Part shown: in pieces, positions 56,501-64,000 of the stretch
How positions within the stretch are numbered: position 1 is the first letter of the stretch
How the letters are laid out: every line of letters starts with the position of its first letter
NCBI GenBank assembly: GCA_949358305.1
Contig: OX442314.1
Span: 1,302,001-1,366,000, forward strand
From: Strigamia acuminata
Lineage: Eukaryota
Length of the DNA: 64,000 nucleotides
Direction: 5' to 3'
The notes under the pieces: generated by a model
Told to the model about the DNA's origin: nothing
The model's database searches: none
What the model saw: only the letters and a program-made list of their open reading frames with translations
Program-made: the position numbers and the translations under genes

Positions 56501-59028
56501 TTTCTATTTTTTAAAGACTTTTATTTAACTCGGCGCGAGATTCTACCTACAAACGATAAACGCATCCTTTTTATTTTCTTGTTGTCGTCTCGAGAGTCTG
56601 TGGATCTACAACCTGGCCTAATCTGACCTAATTCAAATCTAAATTTGAATCTGAATTTTGCGTTTTCTTTATTGTTTCAACATTATAGGAGTTTCTTTTT
56701 GTTAAACAGTTATATTTTTAATTCTTGTTGGTTGTTAATTGCGTCCTGGTGCGTTGCCATAAACACCAAACACTTCGCGGACATTCATCCACGTTGACGG
56801 ACATCATTACCGACGCCCGCGCCAAAAGCCCGTGTCGCGCTCACCCCCATCGCATCACGTGCATTATCGCGCGTCGTAACGCGCTCAAACGCGTAGATCG
56901 CGAGCAAAGACACACTCATGTCCATATGTTGCTGAGGACTTTGCTCACGGTCGCGCGTCGACGTCGAAACGTGTCGAAACAAGCCGAAAAATGCAGGCAA
57001 CCACGCGCGCGTCATGGGGTTTAAATAAGCGAACGGATGTCGGTGCGGAAACTTATTTTCGGGACGAGTCGTTAGGGCTGCTGTCGTCGCCGCTCAACGG
57101 CCCCAACTGCTCCCATTCGCCGGTAGACCGAGCGAGAACGGGTGCGTTCTATTTCCGATTCATTTATTTATTATTTTGACCGACCCGAAGGCCAGTCTGA
57201 GACCGAGAGAGGTGTTTGTTTAGAAAGGACCCCCTATCGCCATACGCGAGAACCCGGCTACCACGCCGCTCGGCGGGTACTGCGCCGCTCGACCAAGCGG
57301 CGGGCCCGAGTTCCGCATTCGATCTGAAAGCGTTCGTGAAGCCCGTTGAACGTGTTCGGAGAGACTTCCGTCGACTATGACGGCGCCAGACCACCGTGAG
57401 ATGAAAATAAAATACGAAACGGCTGATTTTCTGTGAAATTTTTATTACGACGAGTTGCGACGAAGATAACCTAATTAACGGTTAAAGCACGAACCGCAAA
57501 GTCGGTTCCACGACCGGAGAACTAAAATTTTAATCGTCTTTCCTTTTGCGTGTAATATTTTTTTTTTACCCCGTACCGATCGCCACACCGGACACGAGTA
57601 GAATGCACGCGACCGCACGCGCGCTGCGAGGTTTAGACGGACGAAGAAATGCCGGTGCGGGAGCCTTTTTTCGGGGCGAGTCGTCGGGGCTACCGCCGCC
57701 GCTGCCGCCGCTCAACGACGCCACCCGCCCCTAGTCTCGCCGGGACGGGAGCGTTCTATTTCCGATTTATTCATTTATTTGTTATTTTGACCGGCCCGAA
57801 GGCCAGTCTGAGCCCGAGACCGATTGGGGACCTGTCGACCACCCATTTGGTGCACAAGCATAAATACCGCACCACCGACCGATCCTCGGGTGGGAGAGGC
57901 GAATGCCATCTTGTCATCCAACGGGGATCGAGCGGCGCACGAGACGGGGGCGACGGCCCTCTCACTTTGGTCTCGATCTGAGGATCCCCTCAAAATCCGT
58001 AGAACGCGATGATTGAAACTAACGCCTACTACGACGGCACGAGACCCCCGGAAGATGAAAATAAAATGCATAACGGCTGATTTTCTATAAAAATTTTATT
58101 CCAACGAATTACGACGAAGATAACCTAATTAACGGTTAAAGCACGAGCCGCAAAGTCGGTGCCACGACCGGAGAATTAAAATTTTAATCGTCTTTCCTTT
58201 TTCGGGTGATCTATGCCGATCGCCACATCGGACACGAGTAGAATGCACGCGACCGCACGCGCACTGCGAGGTTTAGACGAGCAAACGGATGCCGGCGCGG
58301 GAGCTTATCTTTTGCGACGAGTCGTCGGGGTTGCCGCTGCCACCACCACCGCCACCGTCCAGCGACCCCAACCGCCTTTATTCGCCGACTCGTTTATTTA
58401 TTTATTTATTTATTTATTTGTTTATTTTTTTTGACCGGCCCGAAGGCCGGTCTGAGACCGAGAGGTGCTCTCGACAAAGATGTGTCCACCGTTGGATGCA
58501 AGAACTCGGGTACCGCGCCACTCGACGGGTACTGCGCCGCTCGGACGAGCCACGGCCCCTCGTTCCGCTGGCGATCTGGAAACTCCCACAAAGTCCGTCG
58601 AACGCATCGAGCGAGACTCGCTCCGATTATGACGGCGCAAGACCCCCGAAAGATGAAAATGAAATACGGAAATGTCAATTTTCCGTAAAAATTTTATTCC
58701 GATAAATTGCGACGACGATAATCTAATTAACGATTAAAGCACGAACCGCGAAGTCGGTTCCACAACCGGAGAATTAAAATTTTAATCGTCTTTCTTTTTC
58801 GTGTGATATTTTTTTTACCTCGTACCGGTCGCTACATCGGACACGAGTAGAATGCACGCGACCGCACGCGCTGCGAGGATTAGACGGACGAAGGACGCAC
58901 GAAGGGATGCCGACGCGGGACTTTATTTTCGGGGCGAGTCATCGAGGTTGCCGCTGCCGCCGCCACTCACTCGACGACCCCAGCTGCCACTATTCGCCGG
59001 GACGAACGCGTTCTATTTCCCGACCTAC

Positions 59029-59079
<51 letters not shown>

Positions 59080-60030
59080 TTCATTTATTTATTTATTTAT
59101 TTATTTTGACCGACCCGAAGGCCAGTCTGAGACCGACGAAGCAAGGGAGGTTTAAAAAAGACGGGTATCGGATACCGTGCCGCTCGGCGGGTACTGGCGC
59201 CGCTCGACCGAGCGACGGGCCCGAGTTCCGCATTCGATCTGAAAGTGTCGGCAAAACCCATCGAACGTGTTCGGGAAGACTCCCGTCCACAACGACGGCG
59301 CGAGACCCCCGGAAGATGAAAATAAAATACGAAACGGCTGATTTTCTGTGAAATTTTTATTACGACGAGTTGCGACGAAGATAACCTAATTAACGGTTAA
59401 AGCACGAACCGCAAAGTCGGTTCCACGACCGGAGAATTAAAACTTTAATCGTCTTTCTTTTTCGGGTGATCTTTTTTTTACTCTGTACCGATCGCCACAC
59501 CGGACACGAGTAGAATGCACGCGACCGCACGCGCTGCGAGGTTTAGACGGACGAAGGAATGCTGGTGCGGGAGCTTATTTTCGGGGCGAGTCGTCGGGGC
59601 TACCGCCGCCGCTGCCGCCGCTCAACGACGCCACCCGCCCCTAGTCTCGCCGGGACGGGGGCGTTCTATTTTCGATTTATTCATTTATTTGTTATTTTGA
59701 CCGGCCCGAAGGCCAGTCCGAGACCGTGACGAAGCAAGGGAGTTATTTGATCGGATACCGCGCCGCTCGGCGGGTACTGGCGCCGCTCGACCGAGCGGCG
59801 GGCCCGAGTTCCGCGTCCGATCTGAAAGCATTCGCGAAGCCCGTCGAACGTGTTCGGGAAGACTCCCGTCCACAACGACGACGCGAGACCCTCGGAAGAT
59901 GAAAATAAAATACGATACGGCCGATTTTCTATAAAATTTTTATCCCGATAAGTCACGACGAAGATAATCCAATTAACCGTTAAAGCACGGGTCGCGGAGT
60001 CGATTCCACGACCGGGGAATCAAATTTCGA
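53580..60030 (-). repeat. Tandem array of ten ~600-bp units with a conserved frame and variable structured core (putative ncRNA genes)
   Basis: GACCGGCCCGAAGGCCAGTC-type motif at 53626, 54228, 54818, 55474, 56124, 57178, 57789, 58433, 59108 and 59699. Confidence 0.9.
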
Positions 60031-60839
60031 CTGTCTGTCTTCCCCCGTTACCCGTTTTTTAATTCCGAGCGATGTCCGGCGCGCGCCCGTTCGCTCCCTC
60101 CCTCTACCCGGAATAGACAGACGCGAGAACGGAGCAAAATCTCTGACCTCGGCCCGTCCCGCCGCTAGTTTATTTATTTTCGACTTATTTATTTATTTAT
60201 TTATTTATTTATCTATTTATTATTTTGTTTGTTTATTTAATTATTCTATTTCATTTTATTTTTTTAATGAATTATTATTATTATTGTTGTTTAGCTAGAA
60301 GTATGCTACGTCGCGTGTCATTATCGCCATTGTTATCACCGGGCGTCGCGTCGGTTCATTCGCCAAAATCAGACAGACAGACACAATGGACGCGACACGC
60401 GCTTCGCACACGGAGGTAAATTATTAAACCATTACTTGTAAAATGTTATTTTGTCAATTGGCCGCGTTCGCGTTTTGCGTGCGCAGAATGCACGAACTCA
60501 CCGAGTTACTCGCGTAAACGTTAGCGTCGCCGTTGTTCTCGTCGCTAGACGAAACGACCAATTTGACGAATGGACGAACGAGTTTAACGAATTTGATAAA
60601 ACTTAACGAGTGGACGAGATTAACGAATGAATGAATAAATAAAAAAAAATAAAGAAATAAATAGGCGTTTGTTTCGGGGCAATTCGTATAGTGCAACGAG
60701 TCGTGCGGTGAAACTATAGCGCCCCCCTCTCGCTCGTCCTTCGGTCTCTTTTCCTCACCTCCACCCCTTCTTCTTTCGGTTTTACCGCGCTCGCGCTTCG
60801 ATTTAATTCAATTTAATTTAATTTATTCCTTCTCTACAG

Positions 60840-61662
60840 ATGCCGATCGAAAACGAGAGCGAGAGTGGGAGCGAGAACGAGGCGCTGACGCAGCTGCAGC
60901 CGCCGCAGTCGCAGCTACCGTCGCAACCACCGTCACCGGGGACGTCGGAGACGCCGACGCAGCCACAGTCGCCGGAGACGCAGCGAACGGTAAAGCGTCC
61001 CGGGGAAGCGGGCGATCCGGCGCCAACCAAAAAGGTATCCCGTCAAGATTGTCGTCGTTCATTCGTCTATTCATTCGCCTATTCCCCCTCCATTTTCCAG
61101 CCGCGTCAAGACGGAGAATCGTCGCCAGCGCGCGTCGTCGCCTCGTCGTCGAGCGACGCCGTCCCATCTACGTCGTCCGCCGCTCCCTTGTCGGGCGGGC
61201 TGGAGGCTCCGGCAAAGACAGTGGCGGAGGAGGGAGAGGGCGAAGAAGGAGGAGAGGGAGGAGAAGGAGAAGAAGAGGAAGAAGAAGAAGATGAAGAGGA
61301 AGAGGAGGAAGAGAGCGACGACCGAGACGTCGCCGATGGAGTCGAGTTGCTCCCGGCTGGAGGCCCCGTGTTCTCGCGTTTGGCGTTGGACGCGCACCGC
61401 GCTATAGTTAGAATGCTGATGCGCATGGTGAGTGAGTCAGTCGGTGGAAAACGTTCACCGTGCATGTACGCACCTTTTTTTCCCCGTATTTCGACAAACA
61501 TTCGTTTTTTTTTTTTTTTTTTTTTTTTTAGCCGCCACCCAACACTGGTGGCTCCTCCGACGCACCGGCGGTTACCCGCGAGTCGAAGAAACGGGACAGT
61601 GAGCGAATTCTCCACTAAGCGCCTCTTCGAATACTCATCTTTTCTTCTCTCATTTCAGAATA
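60840..61662 (+). CDS. Multi-exon acidic, Pro/Ser-rich orphan protein
   Basis: ATG after CAG; GT-AG introns at about 61035-61100, 61428-61530 and 61599-61658. Confidence 0.5.
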
Positions 61663-61904
61663 GATGGATAGGCAGATAAAGGCGACATCGAGGATCGAAA
61701 CGGCCAATATTTCATTTTATTTCATTTCATTTCATCTTTATTTTATTTTATTTTATTTTATTTTATTTTATTTTTTTATGTATTCGATTTGTTTATTAAT
61801 TTGTTTGTTTGTTTTCATTTGTTTTCATCGATTCGTTTAAAATGCTAGACGAATAAAAAATAAATAAATAGATAAACGAACTCGGTTGTTGTTGCGTGGC
61901 TTCT

Positions 61905-64000
61905 TTAAGCGAGCTCGGGGTTGCCTCGCACGCACGAGGGGCGCACCGGTAGTTACTTCCGTGGTGTTGCGCCGTGCACACCGTGCGCCGACGGTAGTTT
62001 GCGCGCATTGTCTGTCGCGCGACCCACTCGGTCTATCGGTACGGAGGCATCGTCGTGGTTCGTATTTTGGAGCGGCCGTGTCTGGCCTCGAGAGGGAGAG
62101 GAGGGGGAGGAGGAGGAGGGAGGGGAGACGGTGACAAATATTTATTTTGAAACAAATTACCGGGACTACCGGCGCTCGTTGGCGCCCGTTGTCCCGTGCG
62201 GGCCGTTAACGGGCCGCCGACGATCCCGCAACGGCCCCGTAACGGCCCGTACGGGCCGTTAACGGGCCGCACGAGGTTGGCGAGGCCGCCGCACGGGCCG
62301 CCGACGGTCCCGTAACGACCCCGTTAACGGCCCGTGCGGGCCGTTAACGGGCCGCCGACGGTCCCGTCACGATCCCGTAACGGCCCGTACAAGCCGTTAA
62401 CGGGCCGCCGACGGTCCCGTCACGATCCCGTCACGGCCCGTGCGGGCCGTTAACGGGCCGCCAACGGTCCCGTCACGATCCCGTCACGGCTCGTGCGGGC
62501 CGTTAACGGGCCGCCGACGGTCCCGTCACGATCCCGTCACGGCCCGTGCGGGCCGTTAACGGGCTGCCGACGGTCCCGTCACGATCCCGTCAACGGCCCG
62601 CATGGAATCGTACGGGCCGTTAACGGGCCGCCGACGGTCCCGTCACGGTCCCGTCACGATCCCGTAACGGCCCGTACAAGCCGTTAACGGGCCGCCGACG
62701 GTCCCGTCACGATCCCGTCACGGCCCGTGCGGGCCGTTAACGGGCCGCCGACGGTCCCGTCACGATCCCGTCACGGCCCGTGCGGGCCGTTAACGGGCCG
62801 CCGACGGTCCCGTCACGATCCCGTCACGGCCCGTGCGGGCCGTTAACGGGCCGCCAACGGTCCCGTCACGATCCCGTCACGGCCCGTGCGGGCCGTTAAC
62901 GGGCCGCCGACGGTCCCGTCACGATCCCGTCACGGCCTGTGCGGGCCGTTAACGGGCCGTTAACGGGCCGTTAACGGGCCGTTAACGGCCCGTTAACGGC
63001 GTAAAACCAAAAACAGGATTCGAGATTAATGTCTATGAATGTTGTACGCGTTTTCACGTACGTGTTGTCGGTTGTTGATTTTTTCGATTTACGCCGTAAC
63101 GGCCCGTTAACGGCCCGTTAACGGCCCGTCAACGGCCCGTCAACGGCCCGCATGGAGTCGTACGGGCCGTTAACGGGATCGTGACGGTCCCGTCACGATC
63201 CCGTCACGGCCCGTGCGGGCCGTTAACGGGCCGCCGACAGTCCCGTCACGATCCCGTCACGGCCTTCGTTCCCGGACTTCGGCTCGCCGACGGCCCGTAC
63301 GACCTCACGCGGGCCGTTAACGGGCCGTTAACGGGCCGTTAACGGCCCGTTAACGGCCCGTTAACGGCGTAAAACCAAAAACAGGATTCGAGATTAATGT
63401 CTATGAATGTTGTACGCGTTTTCACGTACGTGTTGTCGGTTGTTGATTTTTTCGATTTACGCCGTTAACGGCCCGTTAACGGCCCGTTAACGGCCCGTCA
63501 ACGGCCCGCATGGAGTCGTACGGGCCGTTAACGGGCCGCCGACGGTCCCGTCACGGTCCCGTCACGGCGCGTGCGGGCCGTTAACGGGCCGCCAACGGTC
63601 CCGTCACGATCCCGTCACGGCCCGTGCGGGCCGTTAACGGGCCGCCGACGGTCCCGTCACGATCCCGTCACGGCCCGTGCGGGCCGTTAACGGCCCGTTA
63701 ACGGCGTAAAACCAAAAACAGGATTCGAGATTAATGTCTATGAATGTTGTACGCGTTTTCACGTACGTGTTGTCGGTTGTTGATTTTTTCGATTTACGCC
63801 GTAACGGCCCGTTAACGGCCCGTCAACGGCCCGCATGGAGTCGTTCGGGCCGTTAACGGGCCGCCGACGGTCCCGTCACGATCCCGTAACGGCCCGTTAC
63901 GGCCAAGGGCCGTAACGGGATAACTGAGAGAGTCGGGTGCGAGACCACGTGACCCGGAGTGTGGTTTTTGGGGGCGAGGGCCGTCCTCCGACCGCGCCGT
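61905..64000. repeat. Right terminal region: inverted copy of 7836-12862 with a shorter palindromic array (3 AT cores)
   Basis: 61905-62330 is the reverse complement of about 12440-12862; cores near 63001, 63369 and 63706. Confidence 0.95.

Noticed and set aside
53612..59956. Short ORFs in the 600-bp array as a protein family
   Set aside because: The reading frame through the conserved end differs between units (DWPSGRSK, LAFGPVK, GLRAGQ).

Overview
Eukaryotic, probably arthropod, repeat-rich DNA. Positions 1-6971 are a nest of LTR retroelements: a Ty3/gypsy pol fragment cut by a 1.9-kb LTR with a triplicated tRNA-Gln PBS, then AT-rich decayed sequence and the start of another probable LTR. 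From 6972 to the end of the window lies what appears to be a giant, cargo-carrying piggyBac-family DNA transposon system. Three same-orientation termini (CCTTGGGGTATGTG...) start at 6972, 12863 and 17123, the last two directly after TTAA, suggesting three copies nested inside one another. The innermost copy (17123 to beyond 64000, over 46 kb) has long palindromic GTTAAC-rich terminal arrays and an apparently intact intron-containing piggyBac transposase. Its cargo includes an intronless thymidine kinase disrupted by a very recent Copia retrotransposon with a methyl-CpG-binding domain, and several multi-exon orphan genes including a four-member double-zinc-finger family. It also holds six of the window's seven Pol III-like structured ncRNA cassettes (the seventh is in the middle copy) and a ten-unit ~600-bp array of putative structured ncRNA genes ending in a cUUCGg hairpin. 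Exon boundaries and RNA folds were read by eye and are approximate.
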